The notes under the pieces are model-generated. The model had not been told where the DNA came from. It ran no database searches and worked only from the letters and a program-made list of their open reading frames with translations. From a virus, in the IMG/VR virus record IMGVR_UViG_3300009079_000013: 64,000 nucleotides of DNA. One strand, given 5' to 3'. Numbering within the stretch: the first letter of the stretch is position 1; every line of letters starts with the position of its first letter. The position numbers and the translations under genes are program-made. This document shows positions 29,575 through 39,113 of the stretch, one piece after another.

Positions 29575-30172
29575 AGTATTACTAATAGGAAATGATTCAA
29601 ATGTAAATAGCATTGATTTTTCAAAAATACAACCTAACATTATAAAAGTTGGAACAAACAGAGCATGGCTTAAATTAATACCTAATTATCTTTTTTTTCA
29701 TGATCCTAAAATATTCCTGGAATTAGATAATAATCAAGACAGGTTGTCTGAATTAAAAAAGCATACTCGCATTATTTCAAGCGACTGGCTGCAGACGGGT
29801 TGTAGTAAAATAAATATAAAACCTCCCGGATACACTACTATATACAGTCGTCCTAATAAAAAGAAATACGTAGACTGCGTAACTACCGCTATAGACATAT
29901 TAGATAGGCATATTTTAAATAAAAGAAATACTACATTCTATATAGCAGGTGTTAGTTTAATTTGGAAGAATCCTAGTCATTTTTGGAAAAAAAATCCAAT
30001 AGACGGTATTGGTAATTCCAATGACAAAAAATGGCATGAAAAAAGATTTAAGTTAACTTTAGAAAATTTTAAACATCTTAAAGATAGGGGATTTGATATT
30101 GTATCAAGTACTCCTTGTTCTAAAATAAATAGCTTATTTAGATATGAACATATAGAAAATCTATATAATTAA
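29564..30172 (+). CDS. Second Maf/DUF115-like transferase candidate
   Basis: VLLIGN, VGTNRA, FFHD, YIAGV. Confidence 0.5.
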   Translation: MKNKVLLIGNDSNVNSIDFSKIQPNIIKVGTNRAWLKLIPNYLFFHDPKIFLELDNNQDRLSELKKHTRIISSDWLQTGCSKINIKPPGYTTIYSRPNKKKYVDCVTTAIDILDRHILNKRNTTFYIAGVSLIWKNPSHFWKKNPIDGIGNSNDKKWHEKRFKLTLENFKHLKDRGFDIVSSTPCSKINSLFRYEHIENLYN

Positions 30173-30939
30173 GGAGTTATCTTAGTAGATTTAGATAAAA
30201 AAGTTTGTTGCAGCTGTGTTATTGAAGCAACTGTTGCTCCAGGAGTTGGAGGCCATTTTGAATCTATTACGCCGGCTAAAGTAGTTAATGCAGTAGATAG
30301 GGAAGTTCCTAAAACAGCAGGTTGAGCTAGCGGTTTATTTGGACCAACAACCACGTTATTTCCATTTACATGTATGTCGTTAGAGTTAAGTTCTATTTTA
30401 CTAGTAGATGTAGCTATTATCTTACTATCAGCTGTTATGTTTATTTCAGTTCCTTTTAGTTCTATCACTGACTGTGTTTCAGCGTGTTCTATGGTAATTG
30501 TTTTATCTTGGCCAATATTTAACCTAGAACCCTTTAGTTGCATGGTTATACCTTTCTCTTTAGTAAACCAAAATTTCAATTCTTCATCTCCATCAAAAAG
30601 TAAAAAGTGAGAACCGTGATATTCTCCTTCTTTTTGAAGCTCTTCCTTAATATCATCTGCGAGCTCCTGTATTGCATAATATTCAGGTGAATATATATTT
30701 CCATTATCGAACCTAATCGCTACAACAGAGCCGTCCTTAGGTATAGATACCGATCCTGCTTTTCCATCTTTTCCAAAATACAGTGGTTTTTGTTTTGGAT
30801 ATGACCATGGTAAATCTTCTATAGGTATTGCTTCTCCATGTATTCCAAATACTCTAACTTTACATCTACCTTCAAAATTAGGGTCTCTTGAATCTTCAAC
30901 CGTTCCTAGAAATTGTTTATCTATTAAGTTACTTTCCAT
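30169..30939 (-). CDS. gp5: Baseplate hub/spike protein (gp5 N-terminal OB fold + beta-helix, no lysozyme domain)
   Basis: GTVEDSRDPNFEGRCKVRVFGIH, EDLPW, PKDGSVV. Confidence 0.8.
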   Translation of the reverse strand: MESNLIDKQFLGTVEDSRDPNFEGRCKVRVFGIHGEAIPIEDLPWSYPKQKPLYFGKDGKAGSVSIPKDGSVVAIRFDNGNIYSPEYYAIQELADDIKEELQKEGEYHGSHFLLFDGDEELKFWFTKEKGITMQLKGSRLNIGQDKTITIEHAETQSVIELKGTEINITADSKIIATSTSKIELNSNDIHVNGNNVVVGPNKPLAQPAVLGTSLSTALTTLAGVIDSKWPPTPGATVASITQLQQTFLSKSTKITP

Positions 30940-30960
30940 GTTTATATTTTACAATTTCTT

Positions 30961-32088
30961 TTAAAGAGGTTTTTTAGGAACTGCAGTATTTCTAGGCGCA
31001 GTTCTTCCTTCTTGCGATTCATAACCTACTACATTTGTTATTCCTAAATTACCTTGATCTACTAATTGGCTTAATTCACTTATACCTTGACTGATTAGTT
31101 TATTTGGAGTGTTTAAAACTGATGAAATTCCTTCAGATGCTTTTCCACCAATAGTGCTTGCTTTATTTCCAATTATAGGTAATCCTGTTAAAAATCCTCC
31201 TAATGAATCTAAATTTGCTCCAAGACCCGCTTTATCCCATGTGTTGCTTCCTCTTGTTTTAGCCGATGTTGCGTCATCATAAGTAGCACTTCCTGATGAG
31301 TAGTGGTTTTCTTCTTCCATCCATCCTATTTTTATCTTAAATTGATTTGCTTCCGGTTGCTTATTTCCGCCAATAGACATTGAAGGTCCTCCCGGAAATG
31401 AATCTGAAAAATCAAATTCACATTGTCTACATTTCATTTTAACATAACCAAAGTTATCTAATACATTTCCTAGGTTATTACCTGCTCCTAGTGCTCCCGC
31501 TAAATTAGGGCCTCCGATATTTATTCCGGCTCCTAGGTTAACTAAAGAAGGTAATACGTTTCTTAAGTTTCTAAATTCAGCTACCCATATATCCATTGAG
31601 AACCATCTTAGATTATCTGGAACTCGTTCTCTCATATATTGTTTATCATATACTGCATTTCTATATAAATCAGCTAATTCTGTCATTCTTAAATCAACTG
31701 CTTCTAGTGTTTTTACAGTTATTTCACCTCCTTTCATAGGTTCTGCCATATTAGTAGCTTTTTGCCAAAGTGCATTTAAACCTACCACTTCTTGAAAATA
31801 CCATGGAGTATCGTCCCTTAAATACTTTAATAATTTAGAAAAAATAGATAGTTGATTAGCTTTGTCAGTATGACCTCTCTGTATCAAATAATTTATTGCG
31901 CTTTGACTTTTACCCTCAGCAACATTGAATAGTGGACTTATCGCTAAAAAGTCATCGTTTCTATACATATCATCAAAGGTAAAGTCTAAAGAAAAAGTTA
32001 AGTAAGTAGGTTCATCAAATTGATCTCTAACTATTCCCTTTCTGAAATTACTAAGGTGTCTTTCCGTATTTAAAAAATTTACTGGCAT
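30961..32088 (-). CDS. Probable tail-tube-fold baseplate protein (tube initiator-like)
   Basis: Baseplate cluster context; ITVKTLEAVDLRM resembles tube-fold proteins. Confidence 0.4.
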   Translation of the reverse strand: MPVNFLNTERHLSNFRKGIVRDQFDEPTYLTFSLDFTFDDMYRNDDFLAISPLFNVAEGKSQSAINYLIQRGHTDKANQLSIFSKLLKYLRDDTPWYFQEVVGLNALWQKATNMAEPMKGGEITVKTLEAVDLRMTELADLYRNAVYDKQYMRERVPDNLRWFSMDIWVAEFRNLRNVLPSLVNLGAGINIGGPNLAGALGAGNNLGNVLDNFGYVKMKCRQCEFDFSDSFPGGPSMSIGGNKQPEANQFKIKIGWMEEENHYSSGSATYDDATSAKTRGSNTWDKAGLGANLDSLGGFLTGLPIIGNKASTIGGKASEGISSVLNTPNKLISQGISELSQLVDQGNLGITNVVGYESQEGRTAPRNTAVPKKPL

Positions 32089-32098
32089 ATATTAATAT

Positions 32099-33544
32099 TT
32101 ATTTCGTAGGATTTGGAATCCAATCTCTTTTAGATAGCAACAACTCTGTTTTAAAACTTCCACCTTTTTCATAAGTATGTTTATTTCCTATTGAGTAATA
32201 TATACCTGATAAAAACTCATTGTATAATGAGCCTTTCATAGTTTGCGTAGGTTCTTGTTCATTTTGCGTAGGATCCCATGATTTTGAATATTCTTGATCT
32301 ACGTCTGTTTCATATATACCTACGGGAACTCGCATTCCTCTGGTGGTATTATAATTTACACCGTCGGTTATCGTCTTTAATTTTATTTTATTTAATTCTG
32401 ATATGTTGTGAGAATTAATAGCGTCTGCGGCTACAAAATTTTTGTGAGTATTTGGATATTGTATATTAATCCATTCTCTAGATTCTGTATTTTTTAAACT
32501 TTCATTAATTGGAGAAAGGTCTCTTTTTCTACCCTTTGTTATGTTAGATTCTATAGGTTTAACATAAAAATCAACTAACTTATCCATAGGATCCTCCTCT
32601 TGTAATGTAGTATCGTAATAATATACTCTTTTTTTAAAACCTTCGTTTACTAATATTTCCCCATTTTCAGTAATCAAATGTCTTTCCTTTATATTATTAA
32701 TACCTTCTGTTATTCTAGGATTTTCTATAAGTCCCATGGGAACAGCTTCTACTTGTTTTTCCGCTTCAGCTTGTAATTTTTGAGATATGTTATAACTCTG
32801 GCCACCGGCAAATATAGTGTTATCAAATTCTCCATCCTGTTCTAGTTGTATGTTTGCTTCTACATAATTTAAATGATAATACTTATCTATAAATACGTGA
32901 AAAAAGGATTGATCATTCTGGTAAGAATGTTTTGCTACATGTTTAATAAATTTTTCAGAGTTCCAATTTGGATTGATCCAATTCATAACATCATTAGGAG
33001 TTGTTTCGTTAGATTGAAAGCCTAATCCTAATTCTTCACATACTTGATATAGACAATCTTTTGAAGTAAGGTTGCTATAACTTCTAGATACGTTTGTATA
33101 TATTTCAGGTATAAATAATTCACCTTTTATTATCTTAGTTTCATTACCTTTAATACTAGTTATAATGTAGTCATTTCTAATAGGCTTCATTTTTTCATGA
33201 GTAGACTTTACATATAAACTTAGTATTGGGTTTTTATTAGGAAATTGAACAGGGGAAAACCAACCTTTACTATCTTCATACACTAAAGTTATTTTTGGTA
33301 AAAAACCAGTTTCGTCTATTACAAGAGTATCTATGTCTTCAGAATCTACGTTAAAGTCGTTTATTTGAATAAACGGTTTATTATTACCAGTTGATTCCTT
33401 GTTACTTGCTGTAGTGTCATTTTTGTTTCGTTTGATGTGTTTTCCACTAGGAGCGCTTCCTTCATCGCTGTCGTTCCACATCGCCATTTCTTTTAATGGA
33501 ATATTTGGACTAAGTGCAGATTTTAAAACGTGTTTAAACCCCAT
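32099..33544 (-). CDS. Probable baseplate hub protein (gp27-like)
   Basis: Position between gp53-like and gp5-like genes; C-terminal LSGIYY...H...TELLL. Confidence 0.45.
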   Translation of the reverse strand: MGFKHVLKSALSPNIPLKEMAMWNDSDEGSAPSGKHIKRNKNDTTASNKESTGNNKPFIQINDFNVDSEDIDTLVIDETGFLPKITLVYEDSKGWFSPVQFPNKNPILSLYVKSTHEKMKPIRNDYIITSIKGNETKIIKGELFIPEIYTNVSRSYSNLTSKDCLYQVCEELGLGFQSNETTPNDVMNWINPNWNSEKFIKHVAKHSYQNDQSFFHVFIDKYYHLNYVEANIQLEQDGEFDNTIFAGGQSYNISQKLQAEAEKQVEAVPMGLIENPRITEGINNIKERHLITENGEILVNEGFKKRVYYYDTTLQEEDPMDKLVDFYVKPIESNITKGRKRDLSPINESLKNTESREWINIQYPNTHKNFVAADAINSHNISELNKIKLKTITDGVNYNTTRGMRVPVGIYETDVDQEYSKSWDPTQNEQEPTQTMKGSLYNEFLSGIYYSIGNKHTYEKGGSFKTELLLSKRDWIPNPTK

Positions 33545-34143
33545 TATCCAAATAGGTTATTTTTAATTAGTGCTTTTTTAAGATTTGCTCTGGATATTGG
33601 TTCTGGACATTCATTTCTATTTATAGAAGTTACGTCTTCTCCAAATATTATTTTTCCATCTTTTATCTTTATATTTTTATCACCTTTTCTGTTTACATTA
33701 CTCGGTAATACTTCTCCACCTCTATTTTGCTTTTTAAGTAGTTCAAGTCTTTTCTTATCCTGATTATTTTTTGGATTTATAAAAATAGATTCTACTTCTG
33801 TTATTTCTACATTACCTATATCTTCTATCCTACTAGGTGCCTTTATTATATCGTTTAAATCATCAATTGCAGGTACATATAATATCTGACCTTCATATAA
33901 AGAAAAAGGGTTAGATACGCTATTATATTTTAAGAGTACATCTAACATACCTTGATCATTATATAAAGCAACAGCGGCGAGGTCAGGTCTCATCACAGTA
34001 TCTTTATCTACTATAAAGGTTCTAGATGATCTAAGCGCACTTTTTTTATTAGCATCTATTGAGCTTCTAGTCAAGTCTGGGAAAACGTCTCCGTTTTTCT
34101 TTTTGCTGCTGTATTTGTTTATTAAGGTCCGTAATATTATCAT
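33544..34143 (-). CDS. Baseplate wedge protein (gp53/LysM-like)
   Basis: RPDLAAVALY..LLKYNSVSNPFSLYEGQILYVP. Confidence 0.65.
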   Translation of the reverse strand: MIILRTLINKYSSKKKNGDVFPDLTRSSIDANKKSALRSSRTFIVDKDTVMRPDLAAVALYNDQGMLDVLLKYNSVSNPFSLYEGQILYVPAIDDLNDIIKAPSRIEDIGNVEITEVESIFINPKNNQDKKRLELLKKQNRGGEVLPSNVNRKGDKNIKIKDGKIIFGEDVTSINRNECPEPISRANLKKALIKNNLFG

Positions 34144-34145
34144 TA

Positions 34146-36161
34146 TTAAGTTGCTGTTTTTGATATGTAGTCTTCTAACATAGACGAAGCTCCATATACT
34201 TTACCATAATGTGTAGTAACCCTGCCTCTATATATGTTTATTCCATCTCCTGCTACTGAATCATCTACATCCGATTGCTTAGCAGTTGTGTTAATTTCAT
34301 CCATGTTTGCTATATTACCTGCTCCTGATTCACCGGAAACCCCTCCGGCTTGTCTTTTACCTTTACCCAAGTCTTTGGGTTCTGTTGCAAATGTATTTTT
34401 AGTAGAAGAAGGAGGTTTAAGTTTACTAAATGACATTGGGCCTCCGCCTAAATTAAACATACTTTCTATGTCTTGTTTTGCTCTAGGTCTTCCGTGTTGA
34501 AGGGTTACTGTAAAATCAACTGATTTTGGAAAATCATCAGCTCCAAGTTCATTACTAAACTTCATATCACAATTAGTACATACTAGATTACCCATTACTG
34601 CCATTGGATCTAATGGATTTCCTATAGTCATATGCCATTCCCCAACAGGTCGTCCTTCTAACAAAGACCTATAACTCAAAGGAGCTTGCATTAGCGCAGA
34701 GGCCCTTCCAGCTGCAAGTACGTTGAAAATTGCTTTTCCTTGTTTTGTAATTTTTCCACTTGCGTCTCTTAATTTAAGATCAGCGTCATCTGCTTCACTT
34801 TTTGTTCCACCAGTTTCTGCTTCAAAAACATTTGCTACTTGATTTAGTAATTGTTTAGTTGCTCCGGTTGCTGTTTTTAGCCATTCATTTAAAGTCAATG
34901 CTATACCCTCAATTACCCTACCTTGTTCTATTAATTCACTACCTGCACTGGAAATAGTTACACCTGGATTTTTAAAGTAACGATATCCACCTCCCCAAAA
35001 AGGAGCAGTATTATATGTAAGAGTCAATATATTACTTAACATATCAAGAAATGCTATCCTGGGATTAATAAAATTAAAAGATCTAAGAGTATAACTAAAT
35101 TTAACCTTTATGGTTGTGTTAAACATACTACTTCCCATTCCCCTATCTCTCATTCTATTTTTATTGATAACGTTAACTGGTCCAAGTACCCTGTTCCAAT
35201 AAGGACCGTCGCTTTTATACGCGCCTTTAATATAATCTTGTAATTTCTTATCATATCCAGCAACTTCAAGAGCTCCTAGATTTCCCCTTTGACTAGCAAC
35301 CCCTGCTCTAATACTTTTTTGAATAGTTTCGTCTTCTACTCCGGCTCCTGCTATTACATCATCTACTAGGATTTCATTTCCCGTAATGTCTTGTACATTA
35401 GCTTCTTTTTCTATCCATTTCATATCCCATCCCATAGGTAAAATAGTATTTATGTCGTTACCGGTACCTTCTCCGTAATATGCAAGAGCTTGTGCTAATG
35501 GAACTTTAATCTCATCACTTGTCCCGTTTGGATTTATTAAACTATCTTCCACAGGCTGTGGATATCTCCTAAGAGCAACTAATCTGTTATTAGGTATTTT
35601 ACCGTAATGTGTACAAAATATAAAGTCGTTATACGCAAAAGGAGTGGGTCCAAGAATATTGGAATTATCTATATTCCTAGAATGTTCTATTATTTGAGCA
35701 GCTGTTGGGTTTCTTACTGTTTTTTGATATTCCCCAGCTGAAATAGGCTGTAGATCATCTTCTTTATTAATAGGTACATTGCTAATGTAATTAAAGGCCT
35801 GATTAAATATATTTCCCTCCTTGGCCTTAGTTAATCCTTCACTTGCTCCGTAAAGGTTAGTATCAGAATGCTTTTTTAAGTCATATGCGCCTTGCGCTAG
35901 TCCAAATTGTCTATATCTAAAAACATTAAACGGATTAAATCTTGAAGGCGCTGCTTTTATTGATTCTCCCTCAGTATTGCCTATTACACCTGCACTTTCT
36001 GTAGATAACTCTTCTTCTTGCATTAAGAGTAAACTATCACCGGCTGTTCCGTTTCCTCCGGTTCTAAATTTATCAAAAGATTTCCCTCCTAAAATATTCT
36101 TAGACATTAGATTGCCTATATCTGAGTCTTTTCCTATATTTAAACCTGGAAATTTTGCCAT
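34146..36161 (-). CDS. Probable virion/baseplate protein
   Basis: First gene of baseplate operon; C-terminal MGNLVCTN..FPKSVDFTVTL tube-fold-like segment. Confidence 0.45.
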   Translation of the reverse strand: MAKFPGLNIGKDSDIGNLMSKNILGGKSFDKFRTGGNGTAGDSLLLMQEEELSTESAGVIGNTEGESIKAAPSRFNPFNVFRYRQFGLAQGAYDLKKHSDTNLYGASEGLTKAKEGNIFNQAFNYISNVPINKEDDLQPISAGEYQKTVRNPTAAQIIEHSRNIDNSNILGPTPFAYNDFIFCTHYGKIPNNRLVALRRYPQPVEDSLINPNGTSDEIKVPLAQALAYYGEGTGNDINTILPMGWDMKWIEKEANVQDITGNEILVDDVIAGAGVEDETIQKSIRAGVASQRGNLGALEVAGYDKKLQDYIKGAYKSDGPYWNRVLGPVNVINKNRMRDRGMGSSMFNTTIKVKFSYTLRSFNFINPRIAFLDMLSNILTLTYNTAPFWGGGYRYFKNPGVTISSAGSELIEQGRVIEGIALTLNEWLKTATGATKQLLNQVANVFEAETGGTKSEADDADLKLRDASGKITKQGKAIFNVLAAGRASALMQAPLSYRSLLEGRPVGEWHMTIGNPLDPMAVMGNLVCTNCDMKFSNELGADDFPKSVDFTVTLQHGRPRAKQDIESMFNLGGGPMSFSKLKPPSSTKNTFATEPKDLGKGKRQAGGVSGESGAGNIANMDEINTTAKQSDVDDSVAGDGINIYRGRVTTHYGKVYGASSMLEDYISKTAT

Positions 36162-36220
36162 GTGTCTAGTATCTTTTTATTATATATCTAACAAAAAAAT
36201 ATAGATAGAGTTTTTATAGT

Positions 36221-36646
36221 TTACATTCTATATTTTTCGTCTATCGTTATCTGATCTCTTGTTTTATTTAGTAGTTGTCCTATTGAAGAATCACCACCTG
36301 GTCTAACTACTGTGTATGTAACAGAATTATTATTTGGCATATCTACTACTCTACCCATTGACTTAAATTGAGGACAGCTCTGGTTAACGTTTCTAACCAT
36401 GTCTCCTATAGAAATATCTTGGTTAAGGCTACAATCGCAGTTTCCATTTTGTTCATTGCAGTTTCCACAATTTCCTTTGCATCCACATTCTTCTGGAAAT
36501 CTAGAACAACTAGGGCAAGTGTCCTGTTTTACAGGTAAAGAATTTGCTATTTTGCTAAATATCTCTAACGGTGCTATTTCAGCTTTTGTTTCTTCTCCAT
36601 TATATCCGCAATTTTCTTTTAAGTAATCTGTGTAACCTTTAACCAT
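36221..36646 (-). CDS. Cys-rich hypothetical protein
   Basis: CPSC..CGCKGNCGNC..CDC cluster; N-terminal GYTDYLKE. Confidence 0.55.
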   Translation of the reverse strand: MVKGYTDYLKENCGYNGEETKAEIAPLEIFSKIANSLPVKQDTCPSCSRFPEECGCKGNCGNCNEQNGNCDCSLNQDISIGDMVRNVNQSCPQFKSMGRVVDMPNNNSVTYTVVRPGGDSSIGQLLNKTRDQITIDEKYRM

Positions 36647-36655
36647 GTTTAATTA

Positions 36656-36913
36656 TTATTTTTTAACTTCAGTTTCTATATCTTTAACAGGTTCGCTTTT
36701 CTTAAAAATAGCCTTGGCTGTTGATACTCCTAGCATTGTTCCTGAATAAATCAGCATAGTGTTAAATAAAGCTTCGTTAACTGTAAACCAGTGAAATCCG
36801 TCTCCTACAAATGCAAGGCATACTAATATTCCTGAAATTATGCCTAATGTTTTTTTTGATGAATATTTTCCATCGTTTTTGTCTTCTGTAAAAATATCTT
36901 TAATATATCTCAT
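36656..36913 (-). CDS. Small 2-TM membrane protein (holin-like)
   Basis: Two TM helices, charged C-terminus. Confidence 0.5.
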   Translation of the reverse strand: MRYIKDIFTEDKNDGKYSSKKTLGIISGILVCLAFVGDGFHWFTVNEALFNTMLIYSGTMLGVSTAKAIFKKSEPVKDIETEVKK

Positions 36914-36915
36914 AT

Positions 36916-38595
36916 CTAGTATTTATTTTTATTTATAAAATCGTTAAATGATATAATTGAACTAGACCTCTTATTAGCCTTTTTCTTTTTCTTTTTTCTC
37001 TTACTTTTCTTTTTAACTTTACCTGGGCCAAGTTTAGAAAAAGTATCCATTCCCCCTGCTACGGATTGTGGTGTATCAAATATTGCTCCAGGTTGATTAG
37101 CTCCTCCTGAATCCATGGGTGCTAACATATCTTCTTTTAATTCTAAATTTAAAGCATTTCCTACTTTCCTAGCTGCTAAGTCTGTTTTATTCCTAGCCTT
37201 ATCTCCTCCTACAGCTCCCGCTATAGATTTAGAAACATTAGTAATAGCTTGAAGTATAGCTCTATTTTGCATTTTATTTGCTTTAGCCATTCCTTGATCT
37301 ACGTAACTCTTTTGCCACCCAAGCAATCCTCCTAAGTTACCTAAAGCCGCTTTAAATTTACTAAATTTAGAATTAGCAACAATGTCTTCATTAGTTATAG
37401 GAATATTTACAGTTTTATATAATGGAATCTTAATCTCTCTTTTAATTTTTAGACCTGCAAAGTCCGTCATGTTAATTTTTCTAGAAAGATTTTTATTTCT
37501 AATATAAGCGGCTTTATCTACATATAGACTATTTACCAATCTCTTTAGCTTATCTCTATCTCTTTTTGTAGAAATATAAGAATCTATCATGTAATCTAAA
37601 AAATAACGTATTGTTTCTAAGTATGATATTTGATACTTAACATCTGCATTTTCTTTATCTAAAAATATGTTGTCTTCTCCTAGGTTTATTGCTCTTCTTT
37701 GTATTATATTAAGCAAAGCATCTTTATAAGAAGATTGTATATTTAAAATATTATTATAAAATCCTCCGGTTTTTATAATCAAACCGTCTCTTAATTCAGG
37801 TATGTTTGAAGATTTTAACCTAGTTATAGTATCTTTTATAAACGATCTTTGATTTTTTGTTTCCTTTGGTTTTGTTGAATCTTCCTTTACCTTTATTTTT
37901 TCTATTTGATCTTTTACAGTTGTTTCTTTTCCACCAATATTTATGTTAATTATGGAAATTCCACTTTCTTCAAAAGTGTTATTGATATCGTCTATGATTA
38001 AATCAGCATCGTCGTCCTTATCTACTTTTTTATTTAAATGATCAATTACCTTTTTTGCTAATTTTTTATACGATTCTATAACTTTACTAAAAACTTTGTC
38101 GCTTTTAGACAATTCTTTTATTTTATCCTTTTCTTCAGGATTCATCTCGGAATTTAATTTATAAATCTCAACTAATTTATTAGCTCTATCTAATTCTAGA
38201 TTTAAATCAGTCGCTGCTCTTATAAAATCATTATTAGACTTTTCTCTTTCTTTATCTGTGTTGGAATATAAGTTTTTAGATATCTTATTAAGATTTTTAC
38301 TTATATTGTTTATTTTGCTTGATTTTTTATTTTTATAATCTGAAAAACTTTTTAATTTACCTGAATCTGAAAATAATTTAATTACATCTCCTACATCTGT
38401 TTCTTCTTTTCTATTTAATATTTCATATGTAATATCGTCAAGTATAGAATCTATAATAGATTCATCTTCTACCCCTCCTATTTCATCAGTTAATCTTTTA
38501 CTTATAGACTTGATATCTGTGCCTATATCTTCTTGAGTAGACTCTAAAATCTTTTTTGAAAAATTAAATCCCTTTATTTTATCTATGAAATTCAT
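36916..38595 (-). CDS. Large hypothetical (probable head) protein
   Basis: Helical; very basic C-terminal tail ending ISFNDFINK. Confidence 0.6.
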   Translation of the reverse strand: MNFIDKIKGFNFSKKILESTQEDIGTDIKSISKRLTDEIGGVEDESIIDSILDDITYEILNRKEETDVGDVIKLFSDSGKLKSFSDYKNKKSSKINNISKNLNKISKNLYSNTDKEREKSNNDFIRAATDLNLELDRANKLVEIYKLNSEMNPEEKDKIKELSKSDKVFSKVIESYKKLAKKVIDHLNKKVDKDDDADLIIDDINNTFEESGISIININIGGKETTVKDQIEKIKVKEDSTKPKETKNQRSFIKDTITRLKSSNIPELRDGLIIKTGGFYNNILNIQSSYKDALLNIIQRRAINLGEDNIFLDKENADVKYQISYLETIRYFLDYMIDSYISTKRDRDKLKRLVNSLYVDKAAYIRNKNLSRKINMTDFAGLKIKREIKIPLYKTVNIPITNEDIVANSKFSKFKAALGNLGGLLGWQKSYVDQGMAKANKMQNRAILQAITNVSKSIAGAVGGDKARNKTDLAARKVGNALNLELKEDMLAPMDSGGANQPGAIFDTPQSVAGGMDTFSKLGPGKVKKKSKRKKKKKKANKRSSSIISFNDFINKNKY

Positions 38596-38603
38596 TTTCT
38601 TTA

Positions 38604-39113
38604 TTATTTTTCTACTCTTGGAAACATTTGATCCATTATTTGATAGATAGCATCTAAAACTCCATATGAATCTATTCCAACTTTACCAGAATATTTATTT
38701 ACTAATTCGGATAAATCTTTTTCTAGAGATTGCATGTTTAATTGTTCAGGTTTTTCATCACTCCACCAATTTTCTCCCTTATCTTCCGCTTCTATATTAC
38801 TGAGTAAATCATCTGTCCATTCATCTTCATTTACATCATTGAACTTGTTATAATCTATTACCACGGTTTCTTGATTATTTTTATCAAAAGATTCTGAAAC
38901 ACCTCCTAATTTATCATATTGCTCGAAGTTCATGACCCACATGTTTCTGGATTTATTTTTTTGCATATATCCATATATGGAATCGTCAGTATCGTCTGGG
39001 TGTTGAAGAACAGCGTTCTTTAGTTTTTCGGGTTTTCCTTTACCCATTCTATAATCAAAATATTTCTTATAGTTTTTCTGACTGCTGTTTTGTTTCTTTG
39101 CTTTCTGGTTCAT
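38604..39113 (-). CDS. Hypothetical protein
   Basis: ORF track; start uncertain because of overlap. Confidence 0.5.
   Translation of the reverse strand: MNQKAKKQNSSQKNYKKYFDYRMGKGKPEKLKNAVLQHPDDTDDSIYGYMQKNKSRNMWVMNFEQYDKLGGVSESFDKNNQETVVIDYNKFNDVNEDEWTDDLLSNIEAEDKGENWWSDEKPEQLNMQSLEKDLSELVNKYSGKVGIDSYGVLDAIYQIMDQMFPRVEK

Noticed and set aside
18000-30172. Host chromosomal O-antigen/capsule locus (prophage boundary or chimera)
   Set aside because: Flanked on both sides by phage structural genes with tight or overlapping junctions; lacks wzx/wzy/wzz and export genes.
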